Source of the DNA: an uncultured Candidatus Saccharibacteria bacterium
Lineage (GTDB): Bacteria; Patescibacteriota; Saccharimonadia; Saccharimonadales; Saccharimonadaceae
Direction of reading: 5' to 3'
Length of the DNA stretch: 32,910 nt
NCBI GenBank assembly: GCA_964534725.1
Contig: CAZHRI010000001.1
Coordinates: 1 to 32,910, forward strand
Shown here: piece by piece, positions 26,011-32,910 of the stretch
How the letters are laid out: each line of letters begins with the position of its first letter
How positions within the stretch are numbered: the first letter of the stretch is position 1
The notes under the pieces: model-generated
Databases searched by the model: none
Seen by the model: only the letters and a program-made list of their open reading frames with translations
What the model was told of the DNA's origin: nothing
Position numbers and translations under genes: made by a program

Positions 26011-27804
26011 CTACTCTTTCGTACTAGAGGTGAACACCTGGCCCATGCGGCGCACAAGCCGACCTACCTCAAATCGCCACTGCCATCCGGCATACCCGAG
26101 TGCGACCAGCGACACCCCGCCCAGCGCCCACCAACCGAGCGTGCCCTGCGCTGTCTGTGTCACCTTATCTGGGGCGAAAGGCACAACTGGCATAGCCGCT
26201 GACAATATATTGCGACATCGATTAGTTTCTGGGTTACGCTCGCGACCTTCTCCGCAGTCGGCAAGAGAGATGTCGTCGGTGCTCGCTATTGCCTTACAGC
26301 GATTTGTCAGCGGATTGCGGAATTGGTCATCGGCGCAAGGCTTGAGCACGCTTGCTGCCGCAGTTGCGATTGAACGACACCGATTAGTCTCTTCGGAGCG
26401 ATATTGACCGTCGCGACAAGGGGTCAGCTCTCGTGGACCTGGTATATTGCGACATCGTCCAGTAGCCGGATTGCGCTCGCGACCTTCTCCGCAATCCGTC
26501 GACGCTATAGCCTCGGCTTCTTTGTTGCACCGACCGGTCTCCTCGTTGCGCCAATAGCCCGCCTCGCACGGCAGGTATGGCACATACTTGTTTGGCTGAC
26601 CTGGCGTAGGAGATAGGGTCCACACAACCGACCCTTCGTTATCACGAATCGCCGAACGATCCTCTCTCGGCGTACTGTATTTCATCCCGTCGATCAACTC
26701 TCCTGCTGATGAGAGAAGACGCACCTCACCTGCAGTCGTCCTAGCCAAAGATGTACCTACAGCACCTGGATTGATCGCAAGATACGCGCCCGCATTAATA
26801 GTGTCGCCTACACCGAATTGATACACTCGTGTCTGAACCTGAAGCACGCACATTTCAAGCGACACTTCTGCCTCCGTTGGATTGTGTATTTCTATAAATT
26901 GATCGATTAGCTGCGGCGCTACTTCACTCACCACCAGCCCAGAGCAGCTATTGTAGAATGGGATGAAGCCGCCACGGTCGTGAGCCGTGAGCATTTGCGT
27001 CGACTCGAACAGCGCCCCAGTGCCGGTCTCTTCATCGAAACTACATAGAGTAGTGGCGCCCACAGCATCAAAACAGCGAGAGTAAACGGTGTTACCATTG
27101 ATATTTTTTGGAGCATACCGGTCATCTCCGCACAAAGATGAACCGGCCGACCAGCAGAAACTGTCGTGTTCGGTGATGTCATCGACTAGCAGTAGCCACC
27201 CACCAGCCGCGTTCATGACGGTAGACGTTGTCTGTGTGAAATACACGTCCGCAGACTGGCTCTCTGAGTCGGCCACGGTTACATTGCCTATAGTTACGCG
27301 ACCACCCGCCTTGATCGTGCCATAAAACGTAGCTAGTACGTCGGGACTGCTACTATTCGAGCCGCTTGAGCGCACATATAGTAGCGATAGCGCACGAGTC
27401 TGATAGTCCACGGCAGATACGTTACGTATTTCAATATATTTACCGAAGGCACCCGAAGATTGAACATATGAAATAACTAGCGTCTTATCTTCTGGCTGAA
27501 TCGGCACTGCTTGCTCCGGTGGAACATCGGCTATGTCCTCTGGCAACCCTATCGTCTCAACGTCCTCGACAAAAGTATCGTCGGCGTCACGCGACTCTAA
27601 CTCCCCTGCAGACACTGGCTGCTCGGACAGTTCCTGAGAATCCACCGTACTAGAGCTGGTATCCCGAGGCTCCTCTTGAAGCATCGGCGACACCACTGCA
27701 TCTGTATCGGCCAGACCCTCCTCTAAAGCGAAAACCGCTCCAGCAGGAGCGGCAAGTGAAATCATTAGAACGGTAACCAGCGACCACGCAACATATTTTC
27801 TCAT
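26011..27804 (-). CDS. Secreted, membrane-anchored lamin-tail-domain-like protein with five Cys-pair repeats
   Basis: Signal peptide, acidic linker, two LTD-like units (LVISYV..YIEIRN; LVVSEV..QFIEIHNP..PTPGQPN), five C-x3-x2-R-N/S-x2-T-x-R-C-type repeats and a C-terminal TM. Confidence 0.78.
   Translation of the reverse strand: MRKYVAWSLVTVLMISLAAPAGAVFALEEGLADTDAVVSPMLQEEPRDTSSSTVDSQELSEQPVSAGELESRDADDTFVEDVETIGLPEDIADVPPEQAVPIQPEDKTLVISYVQSSGAFGKYIEIRNVSAVDYQTRALSLLYVRSSGSNSSSPDVLATFYGTIKAGGRVTIGNVTVADSESQSADVYFTQTTSTVMNAAGGWLLLVDDITEHDSFCWSAGSSLCGDDRYAPKNINGNTVYSRCFDAVGATTLCSFDEETGTGALFESTQMLTAHDRGGFIPFYNSCSGLVVSEVAPQLIDQFIEIHNPTEAEVSLEMCVLQVQTRVYQFGVGDTINAGAYLAINPGAVGTSLARTTAGEVRLLSSAGELIDGMKYSTPREDRSAIRDNEGSVVWTLSPTPGQPNKYVPYLPCEAGYWRNEETGRCNKEAEAIASTDCGEGRERNPATGRCRNIPGPRELTPCRDGQYRSEETNRCRSIATAAASVLKPCADDQFRNPLTNRCKAIASTDDISLADCGEGRERNPETNRCRNILSAAMPVVPFAPDKVTQTAQGTLGWWALGGVSLVALGYAGWQWRFEVGRLVRRMGQVFTSSTKE
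26209..26568 (-). repeat. Five intragenic ~16-aa Cys-pair repeats
   Basis: CEAGYWRNEETGRC, CGEGRERNPATGRC, CRDGQYRSEETNRC, CADDQFRNPLTNRC, CGEGRERNPETNRC. Confidence 0.9.
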
Positions 27805-27858
27805 ATTTAACCCACCATGATTATGTTGATGGATCGATTATAGCAAAAGGCTTACGGT

Positions 27859-28581
27859 CTACGCAATATCGGCCGTAATGTCAGCGTTGGTGTGCACGTT
27901 TACTACGTCGTCCAGGTCATCGAGTGCATCCAGCACCTTCAATAGCTTCGCAGCGATCTCGGCTTCAGCTATCTCTACTGGGGCATTCGCAACATACTGA
28001 AGCTCAGCGTCTTTTACTTTGACGCCGCTCTCAATAAGTGCCGTTCGCACTTGAGCCAGTTCTTTTTGGTCGGTGTAAACAATAATCTCACCGTCTTCCT
28101 CGGCAGCGTCCTCAGCACCAGCATCCAGCACTTCGAGCAGTAGATCTTCGCCAGTACCATCTACGGTGATGACACCTTTTCGGGTAAACTGAAACGCCAC
28201 ACTGCCTGCGTCAGCAATCTGTGCACCATTTTTTGCGAGCGCGTTTCTTACCTCTGGGTAGGTTCGGTTGCGATTGTCGGTTGCTGTTTCGATGATGATA
28301 CCAACCCCACCTGGACCGTACGCCTCATAGGAAATCTCTTCCATGACTGCTGCATTTTTGTCGGCCACTCGATCGATTGCACGCTGAATATTGGCCCCTG
28401 GCATATTAGCGGCTTTTGCTCGCTCGACCGCAAGTGCGAGAGCTGAATTCATCGCTGGGTCAACACCTCCACGGGCGGCAATCGCAATCTGATTGCCAAG
28501 CTTCGTAAATACAGCGCCACGCTTTGCGTCATTCGCACCCTTATCTCGCTTGATTTTTGCCCATTTACTATGTCCTGCCAT
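27859..28581 (-). CDS. yebC: YebC/PmpR family protein
   Basis: MAGHSKWAKIK, YEAYGPGG, TDNRNRT and DDVVNVHTN motifs. Confidence 0.97.
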   Translation of the reverse strand: MAGHSKWAKIKRDKGANDAKRGAVFTKLGNQIAIAARGGVDPAMNSALALAVERAKAANMPGANIQRAIDRVADKNAAVMEEISYEAYGPGGVGIIIETATDNRNRTYPEVRNALAKNGAQIADAGSVAFQFTRKGVITVDGTGEDLLLEVLDAGAEDAAEEDGEIIVYTDQKELAQVRTALIESGVKVKDAELQYVANAPVEIAEAEIAAKLLKVLDALDDLDDVVNVHTNADITADIA

Positions 28582-28650
28582 GCCGCTTCTCCAACTTAGA
28601 ATATTATCTCACTTGCTCTTATTATACAGCCGACAACAGATACAGGCAAA

Positions 28651-30102
28651 TCATTCGACAATATTACACTCACGCATACGGTAGCCCGTTGCGCGCTGCA
28701 TCCACCAGATACCAAGCGCGAGCATACTATATGCCACAAGCACCGCCCACCAACCAATAGACACCTCCATCTGTGCCCACGGCTGGCCAGCAAGCCACTC
28801 AGCCACATTAACCATATAGCCAAGCAGCCACGTAGTTGGCGCAGCTACGAATTCACCAAGAAGTGGCACACTTGACAGCACTCCAGTCAAAAACACTAAA
28901 AGCATCGCCAGCGGTACAAACGGCAATATCAATACATTGGCAATCAATGCTACATTGCTTACTACGCCAAACGCGATAATGAGCAGCGGCAGTGTAAAAA
29001 GTTGCGCCGACAACGTCTCTCCAATAATCTGCCGCAAAACACCAGGCTCCTTTTCGCCGAAAAAGTAGCGCTGAATGAGCGGCGCGCACATGATCACCCC
29101 CGCAAACGCTGCAAAACTTAGCTGCCAGCCCAGGTCATTCCAGCCATATTGCGGATTGACCATCAGTGTGACTGCGCCAGCAAATGGTAGTAATACAAGT
29201 GGATGAATCTTTCTTCCGTAATACCATGCGGCGAGACTTAGCCCCGCCACCAATCCCGCTCGAGACATACTGGGACTCATGCCAGTCACCGCCATAAACC
29301 CGAGAATCATCGACGAAGCGGACAGTGTCGCCAGGTATTTTGACACCCTGACAAACATCCTGCGACTCAGTCGAACCAGGATGGTGAGGTTATATCCACT
29401 CGCTACAATAACGTGGGTCAGCCCTGCGATTTGTAGCACCTCAACAAGCTCAGTCGGCAGCGCTCGCCTTAAACCCAATAGATAACCCAGCCCTAATGCC
29501 GCCTCAGTCTCCGGTATATGCTCCTTGACTTGCTCGGCGAACCAGTCACGCACCCCAACCGCCACGTCGCCGGGAACCGGTCTCTCGATCTCGACAATTT
29601 CTGCCCGGTATATTGAACCGGTAAACGACCCAAAGCCCTCACTCATCACCCCCCGTACCATCACCTCATCACTTCGCTTGATAATCTCGTTTTTGTGTGT
29701 CACCGCCCAGATATTCCCCGGAAGCTCTACGCCCTCTACCGATATATCGCCCAGACGCAGCACTGTCTGAGCGCGTGCATTTAAATCTGGATCTTCAAGC
29801 ACCCGCCCATCAACCGTCACAACCTCACCGAACATTCGCTCATAGTGTTCCAGTCCGGTCTGACCGACACCACCTCGCCATAAACCGATTAATAATCCCG
29901 AGACTAACGCTAGCAGGATCATCCAGCGTCGCTGTGCTTTAACCAAGGGTAGCAGGACTACCAGGCCAAGAAAGAGCCAACTAATCCCTGAAAAGAATCC
30001 ATATGGCAGCCCCATAACCCCAATCACCCCGACAATGAGACCGACGCACCACGAAGCTACGAGCCAGGAGACGTGTATCTTTTGGAGTGCCCACGGATAC
30101 AT
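28651..30102 (-). CDS. comEC: ComEC/Rec2 DNA-uptake channel (OB + Competence domains, no C-terminal beta-lactamase-like domain)
   Basis: AGLTHVIVASGYN, SPSMSRA and DLGWQLSF motifs; start reset to ATG 30102. Confidence 0.92.
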   Translation of the reverse strand: MYPWALQKIHVSWLVASWCVGLIVGVIGVMGLPYGFFSGISWLFLGLVVLLPLVKAQRRWMILLALVSGLLIGLWRGGVGQTGLEHYERMFGEVVTVDGRVLEDPDLNARAQTVLRLGDISVEGVELPGNIWAVTHKNEIIKRSDEVMVRGVMSEGFGSFTGSIYRAEIVEIERPVPGDVAVGVRDWFAEQVKEHIPETEAALGLGYLLGLRRALPTELVEVLQIAGLTHVIVASGYNLTILVRLSRRMFVRVSKYLATLSASSMILGFMAVTGMSPSMSRAGLVAGLSLAAWYYGRKIHPLVLLPFAGAVTLMVNPQYGWNDLGWQLSFAAFAGVIMCAPLIQRYFFGEKEPGVLRQIIGETLSAQLFTLPLLIIAFGVVSNVALIANVLILPFVPLAMLLVFLTGVLSSVPLLGEFVAAPTTWLLGYMVNVAEWLAGQPWAQMEVSIGWWAVLVAYSMLALGIWWMQRATGYRMRECNIVE

Positions 30103-30143
30103 ACCATTAGTGTACGGGTAGCTTCCCGTACTAGGCAAGGACT

Positions 30144-31145
30144 TTATACGATGACATCAATCAGCCCCGCTTCAACTTGCGAGCGGAAGTTCCACTGTCC
30201 GGGTTTTTCTGTTTTATAGTTCCAGTAAAACCAACCTGACGTGACACTATATACATCTTGCTGAAGTCGAACATAGTCAGCAAACAGCCTGTCGTGATGC
30301 TGCGGGGGTACGTTGCGCATAGTTTTATGGCTCAGCACACCACTCCACTCACCAATGATCAGAGGCTGCGTGCGCGATAGTCGTTCAAATAATTTCTTAC
30401 GCCTTCTCAGCTTTGCAAAAAACCACTCCACCGAAAGTAATTGAGCCAGTGGCGTGGCCATATGATACGAATGTACATCCATTGCCACTGGATGAGATGA
30501 TTTTTGAAGCGCCCCAGACATCAGCCGCGGCGTAAATGCATCACTAGTAATGATTCGCACTGACTGAGGCAGGATGTTCACAAGGTCGCAGTACACTCGC
30601 TGGTAATACGCGCGGAGTCGCACATGAAATACGCCGAGCCGCGGTTCATTAATCACCTGTATCCCCCAAAGCGCAGGGTGGTCCGCGTAGCGCTTTGCGA
30701 TACCAGCAACCAGGCGTACACTTTCTTGGCGATAGATTTTCGATCCGTACCACTTAGAGCGCCCCACGCGACCACTATGGTCTCGTCCATTTTGTGAACC
30801 CGGCAGCCCATGCACGTCAATAATAACTCTCAGACTATACTTTCCAGCCATCTCCATTGCCCAGTCGAGCTGCTCGCGGGACTCCAGGTACGACCAGTCG
30901 CCCTCGAGCACCCAATACCCGACAGGGATGCGCACCGCATTAAGCCCCCTTTCTTTTATCCACCGAAAATCCTCTTCCGCTATAAACGTTTGGCGATGCG
31001 ACCGAATCTTCTCCTCAGCACCTGGGGCCTGCATGAACGTATACTCGTCAACAGCTTTTGTACCGGCAAACAGGCCGGGTGTCATCCATCTCTCGAGCAC
31101 CAGCCAACCGCCAAGATTAACACCACGAAGGAATGTATCATCCAT
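30144..31145 (-). CDS. Glycoside hydrolase family 5 (exo-beta-1,3-glucanase-like)
   Basis: RGVNLGGWLVLE, VRIPVGYW, DVHGLPGSQNG, catalytic NEP and GEWS, and W.YWNYK. Start reset to ATG 31145 because the longer track ORF runs through non-coding RNA structure. No signal peptide. Confidence 0.92.
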   Translation of the reverse strand: MDDTFLRGVNLGGWLVLERWMTPGLFAGTKAVDEYTFMQAPGAEEKIRSHRQTFIAEEDFRWIKERGLNAVRIPVGYWVLEGDWSYLESREQLDWAMEMAGKYSLRVIIDVHGLPGSQNGRDHSGRVGRSKWYGSKIYRQESVRLVAGIAKRYADHPALWGIQVINEPRLGVFHVRLRAYYQRVYCDLVNILPQSVRIITSDAFTPRLMSGALQKSSHPVAMDVHSYHMATPLAQLLSVEWFFAKLRRRKKLFERLSRTQPLIIGEWSGVLSHKTMRNVPPQHHDRLFADYVRLQQDVYSVTSGWFYWNYKTEKPGQWNFRSQVEAGLIDVIV

Positions 31146-31157
31146 GCTACCAGTATA

Positions 31158-31206
31158 CCTCCAAAGAAAAAAGACGTACACGAGGTACATCTCTTTTCTT
31201 TGGAGG
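31158..31206 (-). terminator. Terminator hairpin following the duplicated tRNA 3' end
   Basis: CCTCCAAAGAAAAaAGAcGTAC-acgag-GTACaTCTcTTTTCTTTGGAGG inverted repeat. Confidence 0.8.
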
Positions 31207-31221
31207 GGCCAGTGGGGCTTG
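31201..31221 (-). repeat. Direct-repeat copy of the tRNA-Lys 3' end
   Basis: TGGAGGGGCCAGTGGGGCTTG versus TGGAGGGACCAGTGGGGCTTG at 31396-31416: 20/21 identical, including CCA. Confidence 0.92.
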
Positions 31222-31357
31222 GTCACGCGAGCGCGACCCCGAAACTTCACGATTGCAAACATAGTTCGCATCGGAAGGTTTCCTTGCGAACTGCCACAGG
31301 CAGTTCTCACCCACTCCATCCAACGGGTGTCGACGGTGTTCAAATCCTGCATCTCGG

Positions 31358-31398
31358 CCAAAGAAAAAACCCCACATGAGGTGAGGTTTTTTCCCTGG
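31358..31398. terminator. Terminator hairpin after tRNA-Lys, probably bidirectional
   Basis: CCAaaGAAAAAACCcCAC-atgag-GTGaGGTTTTTTCccTGG inverted repeat. Confidence 0.8.
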
Positions 31399-31472
31399 AG
31401 GGACCAGTGGGGCTTGAACCCACGACACCCTGCTTAAAAGGCAGGTGCTCTAACCAGCTGAGCTATGGTCCC
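31396..31472 (-). tRNA. tRNA-Lys (anticodon TTT)
   Basis: GGGACCATAGCTCAGCTGGTTAGAGCACCTGC-CT TTT AA-GCAGGGTGTCGTGGGTTCAAGCCCCACTGGTCCCTCCA forms a full cloverleaf with CCA. Confidence 0.97.
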
Positions 31473-31573
31473 GTATTATATGGATTGGCTTGAAAGGTAC
31501 TATTTGATGCTGTTTCTGCAGTTAGAGCACAGGTGCTTATCAACTTAACTCGGCAGCGTCGTGCCTCGGACAG

Positions 31574-31591
31574 CAGCTGAGCTATGGTCCC
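31574..31591 (-). repeat. Exact copy of tRNA-Lys nt 1-18
   Basis: GGGACCATAGCTCAGCTG, identical to 31455-31472. Confidence 0.93.
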
Positions 31592-31602
31592 AAGACTAGA
31601 GT

Positions 31603-31611
31603 ATTATAGCA
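31603..31611 (-). promoter_or_regulatory. Extended -10 (TGcTATAAT) upstream of the tRNA 5'-fragment copy
   Basis: TGCTATAATactctagtcttGGGACC on the minus strand. Confidence 0.65.
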
Positions 31612-31697
31612 CCAAATGCTACTGAGAGAAAAGCCCATGGCTAAATATCAGTAGGCTCAACTACCTGTCAATAGGATAGCATACTTTAATGGTTATG

Positions 31698-32180
31698 TCA
31701 ATTTTTCTTTGGCTTTGGAGTCTTTGCACTATGTAGCAAAAATAAATCGACCAGACCCAGTGCCAAACCAACCGTCACCACGATCTCCCACCATTCAACT
31801 AGTACGGTGTACGCTGCCAACGCGTCACCATCGAGTGACAAATACCTCCCGAGTGGCTGCACGAGCAACGCTGCCGTCAAGAGCGAGATAAGCAGTGCCG
31901 AAGCGATACGTTCGAATGTATTAAAATATCGCGGTCCACTCATAAGCAGCAAGAACAGCGGCCCCAGCAGAATAATCATCGTCGATATGACGCCATACGG
32001 CAGTCCTGGCACCTCAAAACCAAGCCCAGACACGATAACAGTAAGCCACTCTGCCCATATCTCAGACAACATAAATCCGGCAGATAATGCGAGCGCCAGT
32101 GGCCCAAATCGCCTTCCGGACAAGAAGGTAATTAAGAACACCACTGCGATAATGACACCAAATATGATTACGATACTCAT
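31698..32180 (-). CDS. Hypothetical multi-pass membrane protein
   Basis: Start reset to ATG 32180 (SD GGAGGG, just after the DUF192 stop); about 5 hydrophobic helices. Confidence 0.75.
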   Translation of the reverse strand: MSIVIIFGVIIAVVFLITFLSGRRFGPLALALSAGFMLSEIWAEWLTVIVSGLGFEVPGLPYGVISTMIILLGPLFLLLMSGPRYFNTFERIASALLISLLTAALLVQPLGRYLSLDGDALAAYTVLVEWWEIVVTVGLALGLVDLFLLHSAKTPKPKKN

Positions 32181-32181
32181 A

Positions 32182-32664
32182 TTATAAACCCTCCGAAGCG
32201 ACGTCAAATGTTGCAACCGCCCCAATTGACACATCAGCCTGACCGGCCGCAACCTCGAGGACGTAGCGTGCGGGTGCGGGCGACTCATACGTATGGTAGG
32301 GCTCAGCATCAGGCTGCACATGACGCTCGACATGCACAATGCGCCGGTCTTGATCAAGCCATACAATATCTATCGGGAACTTCATCCCTTTCATCCATAT
32401 GGGTAGCGAACCATCTGCCTCAAAGACAAACAGCATTGCCTCATCGGCACTGAGCGTTGTTCGACCGCTCAAGCCTCTTGCGCGCGTCTCCGGCTCATCT
32501 ACTATTTCGGCGCGAAAGACCGAGCCGCCAAGCGACACCATCCGCACAGGGCGTAGCTGATGTAACGTGATACGAGTCACCGCCACAATCAGCAGCGCGA
32601 ATACGCCGACAACTATCAGCCACTTAATACCCCGTAGGGCTCGAGAGCTTAAACGTTTTTCCAC
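32182..32664 (-). CDS. DUF192 family protein
   Basis: RARGLSGR, MLFVF, WMKGMKFPIDIVWLD and YVLEVAAG motifs; N-terminal TM. Confidence 0.9.
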   Translation of the reverse strand: MEKRLSSRALRGIKWLIVVGVFALLIVAVTRITLHQLRPVRMVSLGGSVFRAEIVDEPETRARGLSGRTTLSADEAMLFVFEADGSLPIWMKGMKFPIDIVWLDQDRRIVHVERHVQPDAEPYHTYESPAPARYVLEVAAGQADVSIGAVATFDVASEGL

Positions 32665-32680
32665 ACACTTATTGTATCAT

Positions 32681-32910
32681 CTAGGCGCCAATCTTGTCTT
32701 TTTTCGGACGACGCTTGGCGTTCTGTTCGAGATATTCTAAAATCGGCGTCGTCACATCCCGACCGGTCACCTTTTCGATACCAAAGCCTGGACTGGCATT
32801 CACCTCAAGGATAAGCGGACCGCGAGACGAGCGCATCATGTCAACGCCGGCAATCGTCAGGCCCATTGCACGGGCGGCCTTTACGGCCATTTTTCGCTCC
32901 TCTTCGGTCA
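32681..32910 (-). CDS. rimK: RimK-family ATP-grasp ligase, C-terminal part (5' end outside the window)
   Basis: [14 protein letters not shown]...[14 protein letters not shown]; the frame is open to the window edge. Confidence 0.85.
   Translation of the reverse strand, partial: TEEERKMAVKAARAMGLTIAGVDMMRSSRGPLILEVNASPGFGIEKVTGRDVTTPILEYLEQNAKRRPKKDKIGA

Larger units (their letters stand above)
31201..31398. ncRNA. Structured tRNA-associated non-coding element (reminiscent of the skipping-rope RNA motif class)
   Basis: Several hairpins, including GAACTGCC-aca-GGCAGTTC (31288-31306), and a T-loop-like GTTCAAATCC on the + strand; terminators at both ends. The family resemblance is from memory, not from a search. 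Confidence 0.5.

Noticed and set aside
26209-26568. Spaced DNA repeats resembling a CRISPR array
   Set aside because: They are degenerate, in-frame protein repeats, and no cas genes are present.
31146-31361. 72-aa N-terminal extension of the GH5 ORF (and similar extensions of murB, comEC, pilB, pilM, the PH protein and 31698-32366)
   Set aside because: The extensions run through terminators, RNA elements, promoters or neighbouring genes, and internal starts have better promoter or SD support.
31222-31395. Prophage or integrative island between att-like tRNA 3' repeats
   Set aside because: Only ~175 bp separate the repeats and there is no integrase or cargo; kept only as a small non-coding element.
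31517-31533. Apparent anticodon arm CTGTG-CT CTA AC-TGCAG on the minus strand, suggesting an amber-suppressor or pyrrolysine-like tRNA in the tRNA-Lys leader
   Set aside because: The stem needs two G-U pairs, and there is no paired T-stem or acceptor 3' strand. TAG is used as a normal stop by many genes here. The segment is better explained as antisense to the tRNA D-arm.
1-32910. Alternative genetic code (TGA=Gly) as in Gracilibacteria/Absconditabacteria
   Set aside because: Conserved genes are full length in code 11, and several (murT, tsaE, pilM) end properly at TGA.

Overview
Gene-dense (~50% GC, standard code with TGA used as stop) core chromosomal segment, most likely from a Candidate Phyla Radiation bacterium of the Saccharibacteria (TM7) type; the taxonomy is inferred from gene content, not from a marker gene. 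It holds three tandem type IV prepilin-like genes, murB, a two-gene unit encoding a small membrane protein and an atypical membrane-anchored Clp/Hsp100-type ATPase, murT-gatD, a GT-C glycosyltransferase, a DUF2207 protein, rny, tsaB-tsaE and a pilB-pilC-pilM-pilN-pilO operon with no secretin. Further on are recX-NUDIX-recA, ruvCAB, a lamin-tail/Cys-repeat surface protein, yebC, comEC, a GH5 glycosidase, DUF192 and a partial rimK-like gene. Three tRNAs are present (Arg-TCG, Pro-TGG, Lys-TTT). No CRISPR array, integrase, transposase or phage gene is visible. The most interesting signals are: (1) tRNA-Lys is bracketed by a copy of its own 5' end upstream and a copy of its 3' end plus terminator downstream, each attached to a structured non-coding insert; (2) the membrane-anchored Clp ATPase lacks both aromatic pore loops and its D1 catalytic residues and is coupled to a small membrane partner; (3) about a dozen genes have a -10 box 6-8 nt before the start codon, suggesting pervasive leaderless transcription; (4) tRNA-Pro has a compensatory A19-U56 elbow pair; (5) DNA-uptake and recombination genes are clustered around the Cys-repeat lamin-tail protein.
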